The notes under the pieces were generated by a model. It searched no databases, was not told where the DNA came from, and worked only from the letters and a program-made list of their open reading frames with translations. DNA of 63,733 nt, the filler included, from Octopus bimaculoides (lineage: Eukaryota), in the NCBI RefSeq assembly GCF_001194135.2. It is 8 parts of 7 records of this genome, joined end to end, with 100 filler letters (N's around TTAATTAATTAA, not from the genome) between each part and the next. Parts side by side here need not be neighbours in the genome. Positions count along the whole stretch, not along the records: positions 52,328 to 61,411 come from NC_068985.1; positions 61,512 to 63,733 come from NW_026320595.1; 6 more parts are not named here. The stretch is one strand, 5' to 3'. Numbering within the stretch: the stretch's first letter is position 1; every line of letters begins with the position of its first letter. Below are positions 52,653 through 63,733 of the stretch, one piece after another. Both the position numbers and the translations under genes were made by a program.

Positions 52653-53104
52653 ACACACACACGCGCACACACACACACACATATATATATATATACACAC
52701 ATAAATCAAAAGACTTACTGTCTTAGTGAAATACCTAACCCTTTCCCCTTATACTCAATTCAGGCTTTGATTTTTTAAACTTTCTTTTTAAGAGTTCTAG
52801 AGCCACGCTGTACTTGTCAGCATGCAGTCAGATAATATGTCGATGCAAGAAATGATGCAGAAACAAATGCTACGTATCCTAAGATCACTGCACTAAATTT
52901 ACTGAGGTAGTGAAGAGGAGGCTCGTGATACCCGTTTCGAAAGAAAATAATACATCAAACCAGTTCTGTAAGCGTAGTGGTTATTGTATCTTTGCTACAT
53001 CAAAAAGTCTAAGTCTTTCATGCTTTAGTACTTCATGCATACACCTACATATTTCTACACGCATGCACACTTACCACACAGGTACATATGCTCGTGATGC
53101 CCGT

Positions 53105-53142
<38 letters not shown>

Positions 53143-53152
53143 NNNNNNNNNN

Positions 53153-53195
<43 letters not shown>

Positions 53196-53284
53196 GCATA
53201 AGGTGCGATGGGTGTATATTATGTTTTTAATTTCGTGCATGTGCATTGTTTGATTCTGATTTTGTCGACTGCACAATATAATAG

Positions 53285-54030
53285 GGCCTGTTGGGTACCG
53301 TCTGTGAGAAAAACAGCACCATGTCGCAATTGACTCTAGCAGAAATTTGGAAACGACATGCTGTACTGCTTGGCATTCATGCTGGAAACTCCAATACGAT
53401 CATTTCAGAGTGTTTGGCTGTCAATCTGAGGAAAGTGCAATCTGAGGACATGTATCGAGAGTGATAAAAAGGAAACATCCACCCAACATCATGGTGTTTG
53501 TTGTGATCACTAATGATGGCGGCGTTATTTCTCTATTCCTCTACCCACACAACCTCAGACGCAACATGGAGGTCTACATCAAGTGTCTGAAGGAGATAGT
53601 ACTGCCCTGGATCAAGAGGGTAGCTGTTAACAGTTTTAAAGAGGACACCTCCTCAGTTACACTTCGGCATAAATAGTTTGAGATTTGGTTCAGTAGACTG
53701 TGCACCATGCTACGCAAGCAGGAGAACCCAGTCATGGCTGCCAGACAGTTTCTGCGACCAGACCACACCACACCTAACATCTGGCCACCTAACTCCCTAG
53801 ACTACAACCTCCTCGAAAGCAAGGATTATGGCAGCATTCACCAACTTAAACTAGGAGACCGTCCACGACGGTTGCAAGAGATTTCAAACTTGTCTGAAGG
53901 CCGAGGTTAAAGCCAATGGCGATTAAATTGAATAAATTTACTCCTTAGTATTTCAAGATATTATTATGTAATTTGGGAAATATGTCTGTTAAAATGAGAT
54001 GTCAAGCGTTATTTTCATTTTTGCGTAAGA
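53285..54030 (+). mobile_element. Tc1/mariner DD37D (maT)-like, internally deleted relic
   Basis: KHPPNIMVFVVITNDG...YIKCLKEIVLPWIKRVA...TPNIWPPNSLDYNLL; the 3' region is colinear with 45250-45350. Confidence 0.85.
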
Positions 54031-54097
54031 AAGACGACAGTTTATTCACCACACTNNNNNNNNNNNNNNNNNNNNNNNNNNNNNNNNNNNNNNNNNN

Positions 54098-54135
<38 letters not shown>

Positions 54136-54614
54136 CATGTTTGTATGTATATGTGTGAGTGTATATATATATATATATATATATATGATGCAACCACTAC
54201 TGTGCTTGAATATATTAAGTCCACCATTTCGTCAATCGCAGCAGTTTCCAAACCTCACTACTAATTCAGTTCTCAACTAAATTGCAAACTGTTAACAGTT
54301 TTGTTTTAACCTCCTCACTTACACTTTAGCATAAACACTTTGAGACTCGGTTCAGTAGAAAAAAAAAGTTACATCAAAATATGCCAGATTTAAAAGTGGG
54401 CAGTAAGGAACCTATTCATCTTCAATTCACATAAATTATTTTATTTTAAAATAAAGTATACTTTTCTTAGGCTTAAATGATAGAAAAATGCATGAGGAAT
54501 ACAGAATCGTTAGTAGCATTGAACAAAAAGTAGTAGAAAAATGTTATGAGGTGATATGTTATGAAATTTATTGTCAGTAAGTGATAAGAATGTATTTCTA
54601 AAATGAATGCATAC

Positions 54615-54730
54615 ATTTCAACGCGGCGAGTTTGTAGAAGCGTTAACACCCAGGGCGAAATGCTTAAAGGTATTTCGTCTGTCTTTTCGTTCTGATTTCA
54701 GATTCCACAGAGGTCGACTTTGCCTTACGT
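54615..54730 (+). mobile_element. SINE family B head
   Basis: GCGGCGAGTTTGTAGAAGCGTTAACAC...GGGCGAAATGCTTA...GAGGTCGACTTTGCCTT. Confidence 0.75.
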
Positions 54731-55654
54731 ATATTTTACTTTTAATAAAGTTATTTTTAATATGCTGTTGAATTAGGGTAAGTTTAACTTTTATCATTAA
54801 TTTTCTCTTTCAGCGGTAATTAACTTGCTTTCTGTTTTTTTAATTTTCCTTTTTAATTGCTTTCCTTTTCTTTTTAGTTAATTATTTAATGAGGCTAGTT
54901 CATTAATGTGCTATATGCTTCAGATATGTGCATCTAAATTTATTGGGACAGGAATATAGTCATTTTTGGCTGTGTCTCTATAGGCAGACCTTGAAGGCAT
55001 GTAGTAAGGCTGTCCAGAAAAGGCATTGGTTAAAAATGCTTATATTCTAAATTTACTTTTTAAATTTCAAAATTAATTAAAAGGAATTTTTCATAAATCA
55101 ATTTTATATTAATGCGATGTAGGTAATTTTAACTTGTATATATCTGATATGTTATTATAATTACTGTTGTATTGAATAATTATTACTAGATCTAGATTAG
55201 CAGCAGTCAGTGCTATTATCACCAACTCAAAATCTACGTTACTTAATGTGAGCCTGGTATCTAATGGTTTTAGTGTCTTGTTGTTTGTAACATTTGGTTA
55301 GCTATGGTGCAAGCAGCAAGATGGTAAAATTCCCTGCCATTAATTTGGTGTGGATGAGTAATATCATATAATTCAATCACAACATATATTTAAATTAGAC
55401 ATGAAAAAAATTGAAGTATTATCATCACTTACATGGAAAAATTGAAATATTATCTTTCAGTATTTTATAAGTTAAAATCTTAGATTATTAATTGACACAT
55501 TATTAATTATCTTATAACAGCAATGCCTGGAAAAATCATGGATTATATGGAAAACTGCGAGCATGAAAAGTAATATACTTAAGATTATAAACCTGGAAAA
55601 GTACAGGAAAAGTTATTACACTTGGAAGTAATAGCTTGTCCTATACTTTTCCAG

Positions 55655-55747
55655 GTAGTATTATTTGTTTAGTTGCATCATTATCTCTGTATCTGATCAT
55701 CTGGATTCCTCTTATATCCACTCTTTACCCCGCGGACATGGTCTTCG
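55655..55747 (+). CDS. Candidate 93-nt exon (phase 1/1) encoding a hydrophobic, TM-like segment
   Basis: Acceptor CTATACTTTTCCAG| and donor TCG|GTAAAA. The frame is open: (x)SIICLVASLSLYLIIWIPLISTLYPADMVF. Confidence 0.4.
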
Positions 55748-55850
55748 GTAAAAATTTTGGAGTGTTAGTTCAAATCATTTGAGTGCTACTAAGTGTTTTC
55801 TATATTGAGGACTTCTGGATCTCATATATTGACACACACACACACGCACC

Positions 55851-55903
<53 letters not shown>

Positions 55904-56097
55904 NNNNNNNNNNNNNNNNNNNNNNNNNNNNNNNNNNNNNNNNNNNNNNNNNNNNNNNNNNNNNNNNNNNNNNNNNNNNNNNNNNNNNNNNNNNNNNNNN
56001 NNNNNNNNNNNNNNNNNNNNNNNNNNNNNNNNNNNNNNNNNNNNNNNNNNNNNNNNNNNNNNNNNNNNNNNNNNNNNNNNNNNNNNNNNNNNNNNNN

Positions 56098-56480
56098 TTC
56101 TGTAATTTCAACCAATCACTGACGTCCATTCAGCCGATATACCTTAAGTGCCGACTACATAAACAAACGATTCTGAAACAATTAACCCTAACCCTAACCC
56201 TAACCCTAGGGTTAGGGTTAGGGTTAGGGTTAGGGTTAGGGTTAGGGTTAGGGTTAAAGCAAATTTAAAATGAAAAATGCAAATAAAACGAAGGTATGGA
56301 GATTAAATACGCTTTACATCGCTTAATCAGCCAAAGGAGTAAATGTAAACAACTGAAAACTTGTCAGTGATTGGTTGAAATTATCGAAATAAGACAATTT
56401 TTTACATGAAATAAATTCGAATACAAAAATATTTTTCTGTTCTATAACACAAAATAGATAAGTATACGAATGTGGCCCCC
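56098..56480. mobile_element. Fold-back/MITE-like element with 21-bp inverted repeats around a telomeric-repeat palindrome
   Basis: TAATTTCAACCAATCACTGAC (56103-56123) and its exact reverse complement (56363-56383). The centre is TTAA(CCCTAA)3CCC-TA-(GGGTTA)8A. The left end is lost in a gap. Confidence 0.7.
56182..56257. repeat. Interstitial telomeric repeats in inverted (CCCTAA)n/(TTAGGG)n arrangement
   Basis: Direct reading. The palindrome axis lies between 56207 and 56208. Confidence 0.95.
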
Positions 56481-56515
56481 GTTTTAAAATAGATCCTCTT
56501 TTTTTATTATTATCA

Positions 56516-56590
56516 AGTTCACTACATGGAATCGAACTCGAAAACTTAGGGTTAGTAGCCCGCACTCTTAATCATTATGCCATATGCCCG
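56516..56590 (-). pseudogene. Degenerate tRNA-like head (SINE-derived pseudo-tRNA)
   Basis: GGGCATATGGCATAATGATTAAGAGTGCGGGCTACTAACCCTAAGTTTTCGAGTTCGATTCCATG has box A- and box B-like motifs. The acceptor stem pairs poorly. Confidence 0.5.
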
Positions 56591-57636
56591 TGAGCAAAAG
56601 CGAAGTTGATCACAGCAGATTTGAGCTCACGGCGTAAAGGGGGCATAAACAAATATTGTAAAGAATTTTGTTTGCCACTATTCCGGAACTACTTCTTTCA
56701 TGGTCAAGTGAATGGAGAGTACATGACCACGAACAAGCCAGAAAACAATGTTTGCAAGGAAGAATTAACTGAAGTAGGAATCGACGTCCGTCTAATCAGA
56801 CTTAAAATAAGTGCTGGGCTCATTAATTTTTAAACCTAGTGTTGCCGCCTGTCCCTCTGTATCTATTTCTCCCTCAAATATACCCACCTAATCTGTTGAT
56901 TGATGCGGTGAAACTAGAGTTAGTGAGGCTCCTTGTTAAGTACAACGACTAACTTGAGTGGCTTAACCTTTTTGATGCAAACGTGTGACTGCTTTTCGTT
57001 CTACGATACAGGCCTCATGTATTAAAAAGCGATCTAAATTAAACCTTCCATCAAAATTTCATTTTAATTTAAGTTCCAAACACCAACTTAAATGATGGCA
57101 AAAATATTTGACTAAAGTCTTCACTATTTTCGTAATAAATTGAAACAATGGTAGTGTGTTTCAACAGGAATGTGGGAACAAAAGGATTAAAACAACCTTG
57201 TTTAGCATTATCATTATATATTCTTTTGACATTATCAGTTATGTGATTGCTCAATTTATCAAAAATAACAGCCATATCTTTTCCAAACTACTCAGTGTTC
57301 ATAAAAAATAGATGGACATACTGGATAATGTGATCCTTGATGCAATAAGCCTGAATAAAAGGTTACGATGGTCACGGTAAGAATGCTTCTGATCTTAATT
57401 CAAATTGAGGAAAGCTGAACTCTTGCTAAACAACAACAGCGACAACAGCAATGACGACAACGACAACAATCGAGTTATGGCAAGATCACTCTATTAGAAG
57501 ACTGGTGTTTTGTGGTTGTTATTTTGTCTACCAATTATAAGATCTGGGATCTTCTAATTCACTACATAAATATGTAACATTTACAATATAGTCCTTTACA
57601 AGTGTAGGTACGTGTACACACACACACACACACACG

Positions 57637-57705
<69 letters not shown>

Positions 57706-57777
57706 ATATTTACATATATGCGTGTTTGTGTATATACATGTACAACAATTATTTCTTCTTTACCTACTCGTCTATAG

Positions 57778-57841
57778 ATGAAGACGGTTGTGGACAGCTG
57801 TCCAAAGAATCCTGTAGTAACAATTCGAGAATGAATGATAG
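57778..57841 (+). CDS. Candidate 64-nt exon (phase 1/2), phase-compatible with 55655-55747
   Basis: Acceptor TTTCTTCTTTACCTACTCGTCTATAG| and donor TAG|GTAAAT. The frame is open: (D)EDGCGQLSKESCSNNSRMND. Confidence 0.35.
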
Positions 57842-59138
57842 GTAAATGGAGAGAGTGGTACCAGAAGAGAGAAGATGGAGTACTTGCCGCAGACAAAGTT
57901 CTTTCTTCTTCCATTTTGTTTGAATTTAGTAATGTATTTTTTGTAGTAAGTATTTACATTCTTTGAACCAATGACCTACTAGTAAACGATGCCCGCATTA
58001 ACTTAGAGTCTTGATTTAGTGATTGGAAGTTAAACGTGCGTATGATTGGTTGGATTCGAAAAGTAGAAAGAAAACCGACTTCTCATTTGTGAAGTACTTA
58101 TCGACTGAATTAGCTACAACGTTACCCTGACAAGAAGAGATAGAGAAACAGAAGATACACAACAGAGGAAAATATAATAGAAATATGAAACAGAACTTAC
58201 TACATTGGATAAACAGATAAAGAATTGTATTTGCTGAAGAAATGGAATATTCCACTTTATTTATTCAGCCGATCATAGAAATATAGAATTTCTTTGCAGC
58301 GTGTTTGCATTTTTCTCAGTATCAATATGAAGTTATTTTTTTTTCCAACTTTATAAATCTATATTAATCAAAATATTTGTTGAAAGATATTTACTCGACA
58401 TTATTTTAGTCTATTTTTTTTCTATTTATGTGAAAAAGCTTGTAAACTTTGCCCTCATTTCTAAAATTATGTTTTCTATATTAATACAAATTAAATATCT
58501 TAGCCGCCTACAAAAATATTTATACTTCTCAATTGTCTCAAGAAAAACCATCATAAGAACATCATAAATAAAAGAGACAAATACAAAGGAAACCAAATGA
58601 TTTGCTTTGCCAAGATATTTTGTTTGATCAGTTAACATATATCACAGTTTTAAGACAGGCCATGATAATGCTCAGTCTTTGAAAAAACCCAGCTTCTTTT
58701 CAATTAATATCTGAAATGGAGTTGTTTTCTCATATATTCGCTGTTGTTGCTTTTGTTTCTGTTTTTGTCGTTTTTATTTGGCTTCAAGCCATCCTTGATC
58801 AAATAGACATTTAATCAAAGACACTCCAGCTGTGACCATCCAATCTTATTTTATTTCATTTTCAAGTCTTATGCATTTTTGACTACTGAGAATGACTAAG
58901 GTGTAAGATGACGGAGATTTCACTACTCTTTCTAGCAGGTCAAGCGATCACGCAGAAGTCTCTTTGTTGTGTTTTCTTTTATTAATCTATTCACATCTAG
59001 AATGCTTTAAAGACTAAAAAAATCAACCCTGTGTACTTTCTTTATTGACTACACACACACAAAAAAAAGAAGCGTAAAGTTGACTAAGGCATGATTTGAA
59101 ACCAAAACGTAACAAGAACATAATTTAATAAGACAGTA

Positions 59139-59429
59139 CTGTAATACCTCAATTTACGAGGACCCGCTTTACGAAATTCCGGGCTTACGAGTTTTATTTT
59201 TCAAGCACAAGATCCAAATTTTGAACGAAGTGCAAAAGTTTCTACTACCATTATAAATGCTTCTGCGCATAGAGAGCAAACAAAAAAGGCTTCTTCTAAG
59301 CAGACCACTCTAGATTTGTTTTTTAAAAAGAAATCTACAAGCCCGTCTACGAGTACTTGTTAATTGGTGGTCGCATCTGCAAGTGATGGTGTGTACGAAT
59401 CTAGTGCGAGTGAAAGTGATAATAATACG

Positions 59430-59480
<51 letters not shown>

Positions 59481-59730
59481 TAAATAATAATGATAATAAT
59501 AATAATTTTTATTATAAATGATCTTGACATTCTTTTTACCTTACATAAAGTATTCTTTGCATTATACTGTTGTTTTATTGCTATTTATTTACGAGTATTA
59601 CAAATTTTATAGGTAAAATATTTTTCTGGGAACGAATTACGATTTATAACAATGCTACTATGGGAAATTATTGCTCTGCTTTACTAGTTTTCTCCTTACG
59701 TGCGGTCTTCGGGAACGAATTACGGTATTT
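59139..59730 (+). mobile_element. Tigger/pogo-like non-autonomous element
   Basis: Terminus TA|CTGTAATACCTCAATTTACGAG; transposase C-terminal remnant KKASSKQTTLDLFFKKK; the right end GGAACGAATTAC is degraded; internal (AAT)n. Confidence 0.7.
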
Positions 59731-60030
59731 TGTCTGAAGTTCAAGCGATTTTGTAAATCTTTCGTATCAAAATTGTGTCAGTATACGACATGAAAGAACA
59801 AGTAAATTTAAAAAGTGAAAGTACACCATCACAATATAAGCAACGAAGAAAGTGATATGGTTCCCAGTAAATCACTGTTCGTCTCTTGCTTTTCCTTCTC
59901 ATCTCTGAGGATCTGTTGTATCAAGATTTTGTCGCATACATCTCAAGTCTCTTTGATAAAACTCCGTGCGTGTGACTAGAAGATTTTTCTCTTTCTCTCA
60001 CTCTCTCCCTGTCTGTTTCTGCTTCTCTCT

Positions 60031-60144
<114 letters not shown>

Positions 60145-60420
60145 ACACATGTATATGTATGTAAAGCACTGTAAAGCCCGATACGAAATCAAAGATAGAG
60201 ATGAGTAGTGGAGACTACACTTCACTCCAGTGTTCACTGTCAACGATGTGGTACATCTGCCTAAACTAGTGTGCGGAATACGAGCCGACTAATGTACATA
60301 ATAAGTAGAAAATACTTTTGGTATTTAATATGTTGATAGACATACATGCGTTGCACAAAAAGCCGAATGAAGTTCGTAACAGTTGTGCAAACATGCAATC
60401 TGGTACTCACCTCATCAGTG

Positions 60421-60500
<80 letters not shown>

Positions 60501-61511
60501 ACTATATATATATCTAAACATACGTACATCCATACATACCTGCATGTTCTTCCATATACTTCCAACAAGGCTGAAACGACTACCGTCATCTATTTTGTGT
60601 TTATAACTTCTTCAACAAAATTATGTTTTGGCGATATTATTGTCGTTGCTAGTGTACTATACGTTCTCAAGATCTTGCATTCTAAGTTCTGCGGTGCTGC
60701 TTTTTAATGTGTACTGATAAACTTGTGAATCGGTACTCCAAAACGGTTATGAGACGCAACCACAGGCTAAAATGCTTATTTTCGCAGTTTTGTAAAACCA
60801 ATTAATATTTGAAACTCAATTGATACGATCTGCTTACTTTAATTTTTCTTTATCATATTGTCTGTACTTATCTTGGGGTTTTTAAAGTAGTTAAATGCAT
60901 ATAAGAAGCATATACATACGTACATGCTTCTTATATATATAATTGACAGGGAGGATGCTCTTGAAACCGAGAAGTTGAACTTACGGAGACAATATTTACA
61001 TACCTCCTGAGGAAACACAACTAGATCTCACAATGCTGGAAACCGGTTGCTCAGTGAAGTACCTGCACGCCTGGAGAACTACGTTGCGTAGATACAATTG
61101 TAGTGATTAAAAACAAATGTCCAACCGTATTCTTTGTTGATTCCAAATTTTTTCAGTTATCTATTCACACACGATAGAAGCCCAAACGCAAAAATGAAAA
61201 TACGTATAATACTACTACTGGGTAGCACAGGGTAAAATCTGAAGGTGGACGAGCTTTATACTGTTCTCTAATAAATTCTTAACAGAATATACCATAGCTA
61301 TATATATATATATATATTTCAAACTATATACATTAACTTGTGTGTGGGTTCGACCTAGGCTAAGAATGTGTGTTATAAGTGTATATGTGTCCTTATAAAG
61401 ATATATATATANNNNNNNNNNNNNNNNNNNNNNNNNNNNNNNNNNNNNNNNNNNNTTAATTAATTAANNNNNNNNNNNNNNNNNNNNNNNNNNNNNNNNN
61501 NNNNNNNNNNN

Positions 61512-61641
61512 ACTTATTCTTTGTAAGCCTGGTACTTATTCTATCGGCCTCTTTTGCCGAAGCGCTACGTCACAGGGACATAAACACACTAACATCGGTT
61601 GTCAAACGATGTCAGGAGGACAAACACACACCCACACACAA

Positions 61642-61690
<49 letters not shown>

Positions 61691-62010
61691 TATATATGTT
61701 TGTATGTATGTACATATGTCCGTATGTATGTATGCATGGATGTATGTATGTAAGTATGTGTGTGTGTGTATACATGTGTAGTTGTGCTTGGGCTTGCCCT
61801 ACCAGGACCATCTCTCAGCAAACCGGGTGTTGGTTTGTTTACATCTCCATAACTTAGTAGTTTAACAAAAAAAAGGCCAATGGAACATGTAGCAGACTTT
61901 GAAAAATAATCTTAAACCCTGGAGTCGATTTGTGCAGCTAAAAGCCATTAAGGCAGCGCTCCAGCTTGGCCGCCATCCAATGACTGAAGCAAGTCAGATA
62001 TAGAATATTA
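61512..62010. mobile_element. SINE family A fragments (61512-61630 minus; about 61810-62010 plus, diverged)
   Basis: TTGTAAGCCTGGTACTTATTCTATCGGCCTCTTTTGCCGAA and GCGCTCCAGCTTGGCCGCC...AATGACTGAAGCAAG. Confidence 0.7.
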
Positions 62011-62110
62011 AAAAAAAAAAAATTTTTTAAATTGTTATATTTCAAAAAAGAAAATGACAACAGTAAAAGAAAAAAGATTTAACAAGAGCCCTTAAAATAG
62101 GGATCAATTC

Positions 62111-62116
62111 TTTATT
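62111..62116 (-). terminator. Candidate polyadenylation signal (AATAAA) for the DD3-3-like transcript
   Basis: TTTATT on the plus strand, just beyond the end of the 79-bp array. Inference only; other AATAAA-like sites exist. Confidence 0.25.
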
Positions 62117-62199
62117 TCAAAATAAATGAGACCCTGCTAAGACAATTTTGCGAACTCCTTGTCCAAACATAAAAATAAGGAGTTTTAAAGGAACTCTAT

Positions 62200-63180
62200 T
62201 TGGGTTCTTGTGTTAGTAAATTTTATTACTTTGGGCACACATCTTCTGCACAGAAAAATTAGGGGTTACAAAAGCGAACACTACTAGGGCCCTGTTGATA
62301 AATTTCATGTTTAGCATACACTTCTGATGTTCGGAAAAATCAGGGGTTATAGAAGAAACCCCGTTAGGCCCCTGTTAGTCAACTTCTTGTTAAGGGTACA
62401 CTTCTAATATGCAGAAAATTAGGTGTTATAAAGGAAAGTTTTTTTGGCCCCTGTTAATACATTTCTTGTTTAGGGCACACTTCTAACACACAGAAAATTA
62501 GGGGTTGTAAAGGAAAGCCCATTTACCCCTTGTTAATACATTTCTTGTTTAGGGCACACTTCTNNNNNNNNNNNNNNNNNNNNNNNNNNNNNNNNNNNNN
62601 NNNNNNNNNNNNNNNNNNNNNNNNNNNNNNNNNNNNNNNNNNNNNNNNNNNNNNNNNNNNNNNNNNNNNNNNNNNNNNNNNNNNNNNNNNNNNNNNNNNN
62701 NNNNNNNNNNTGTTAATACATTTCTTGTTTAGGGCACACTTCTAACATAGGGGCTATAAAGGAAAGCCCATTTACCCCTTGTTAATACATTTCTTGTTTA
62801 GGGCACACTTCTAACATACAGAAAATTAGGGGTTATAAAGGAAAGCCCATTTACCCCTTGTTAATACATTTCTTGTTTAGGGCACACTTCTAACACACAG
62901 AAAATTAGGGGTTGTAAAGGAAAGCCCATTTACCCCTTGTTAATACATTTCTTGTTTAGGGCATACTTCAAAAATACAAAAACAATCAGGGTTATAAAGG
63001 AAAGGCCTTCTGGCCCCTGTTAGTAAATTTCTTTATGAGGATACACTTCTAATATCCAGTAAATAAAGGGTTATAAATAAAAGATCTTTTGACCCTTGTA
63101 AATATTAGTAGTTGTTTTGGGTTCACCTCTGATTATAATATAAAAAAGGGATCTTCTTCACATATAAAAAGATTCAGGTT
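62200..63180. repeat. Tandem array of about 79-bp units (roughly 12 units, including a gap)
   Basis: The anchor TGTTAATACATTTCTTGTTTAGGGCA recurs at 62452, 62531, 62711, 62780, 62859 and 62938 (79-bp period, one 69-bp unit). Units diverge toward both edges. Confidence 0.93.
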
Positions 63181-63186
63181 TTTCAT

Positions 63187-63391
63187 TTATTTCACCATAA
63201 TTACACCCTTTTGGGCCCTGTTTGTGAACTGGTTGTTACGGGTGCACATGTAGTTATAAACCCCTTTCTTTATACGGAGTAGCACACCCGGATAGGAAGC
63301 TGGTGCTTTGTTCAGTAAATCGTCCATTTCAGTCTTCTTCTCCAAACTGTCTTGTACAAGAGTGTTCGGGCATTGCGACGCTTTCAGACAC
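63187..63391 (-). CDS. Terminal coding exon of a protein DD3-3-like gene
   Basis: Strong acceptor TTCTCATCTCTTTCTGTTTCAG|G. 67 open codons CLKASQCPNTLVQDSLEKKTEMDDLLNKAPASYPGVLLRIKKGVYNYMCTRNNQFTNRAQKGVIMVK then TAA. The APAS..G.LLR.KKG.Y.YMC.RNN.F.NR.QKG motif matches my recollection of the DD3-3 family C-terminus; not database-verified. Confidence 0.75.
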
Positions 63392-63700
63392 CTGAAACAG
63401 AAAGAGATGAGAAGTTATTCAACATGTACACATGAAGCCCACATGTGTGTGTGTGTGTGTGGCATCAGGAAGGTTGCTTCGTGAACCTATGGCTTCAGGT
63501 TTCAGTCCCAATGCTTGACACCTTGGGAAAACAGAAAAAAAACAAAAAAACCTTCTGTTGTAGCCCAGGGACAATCACTGTCTTGCAAGTGGATTTGGTA
63601 AATAGATGAAAAGTGTATGGAAGCTCATCATATACATATATATATATAGACACATGTTTATATATATATATATACACACATACATACATGTATATATATA

Positions 63701-63733
<33 letters not shown>

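Noticed and set aside
56182-56257. Ancient telomere-telomere chromosome fusion site
   Set aside because: Wrong polarity (a fusion gives TTAGGG then CCCTAA), very short, and embedded in an inverted-repeat element.
60950-61075. CTGAGGA...GAAACCGGTT hammerhead-like text
   Set aside because: Stems I and II cannot be formed convincingly; too degenerate to call.

Overview
AT-rich, gappy, microsatellite-dense eukaryotic DNA. The tRNA-derived SINE families and LINE/mariner content look like a cephalopod (Octopus) genome; this is inferred from remembered repeat families, not from a search. Nearly all ORFs in the supplied track are microsatellite or N-gap artefacts, or pieces of decayed transposons. 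Transposon content: a near full-length but disrupted RTE-BovB LINE (17354-21556, -); two convergent copies of a second RTE family; a CR1 fragment; three R4/Dong-type RLE LINE 3' ends next to microsatellites; Tc1/mariner relics (DD34D, DD37D-like, one countable DD41D); a Tigger/pogo relic; and many SINEs. Host-gene signal missed by the ORF track: a minus-strand terminal exon resembling the C-terminus of DD3-3-like proteins (63187-63391), plus several splice-bounded, open + strand candidate exons of unidentified gene(s). Most interesting observations: (1) decayed minimal type-I hammerhead ribozyme motifs, one inside a structured 241-bp unit that starts to repeat at a gap (Penelope pLTR or retrozyme candidate); (2) a 79-bp tandem array in the putative DD3-3-like 3' UTR that is homologous to the gene's own last codons; (3) four insertions inside dead transposons that look copied from nearby DNA; (4) a fold-back element centred on a (CCCTAA)n/(TTAGGG)n palindrome; (5) RLE retrotransposon ends at (AAT)n and (TATG)n tracts. 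No CRISPR array, rRNA or intact tRNA gene was seen.
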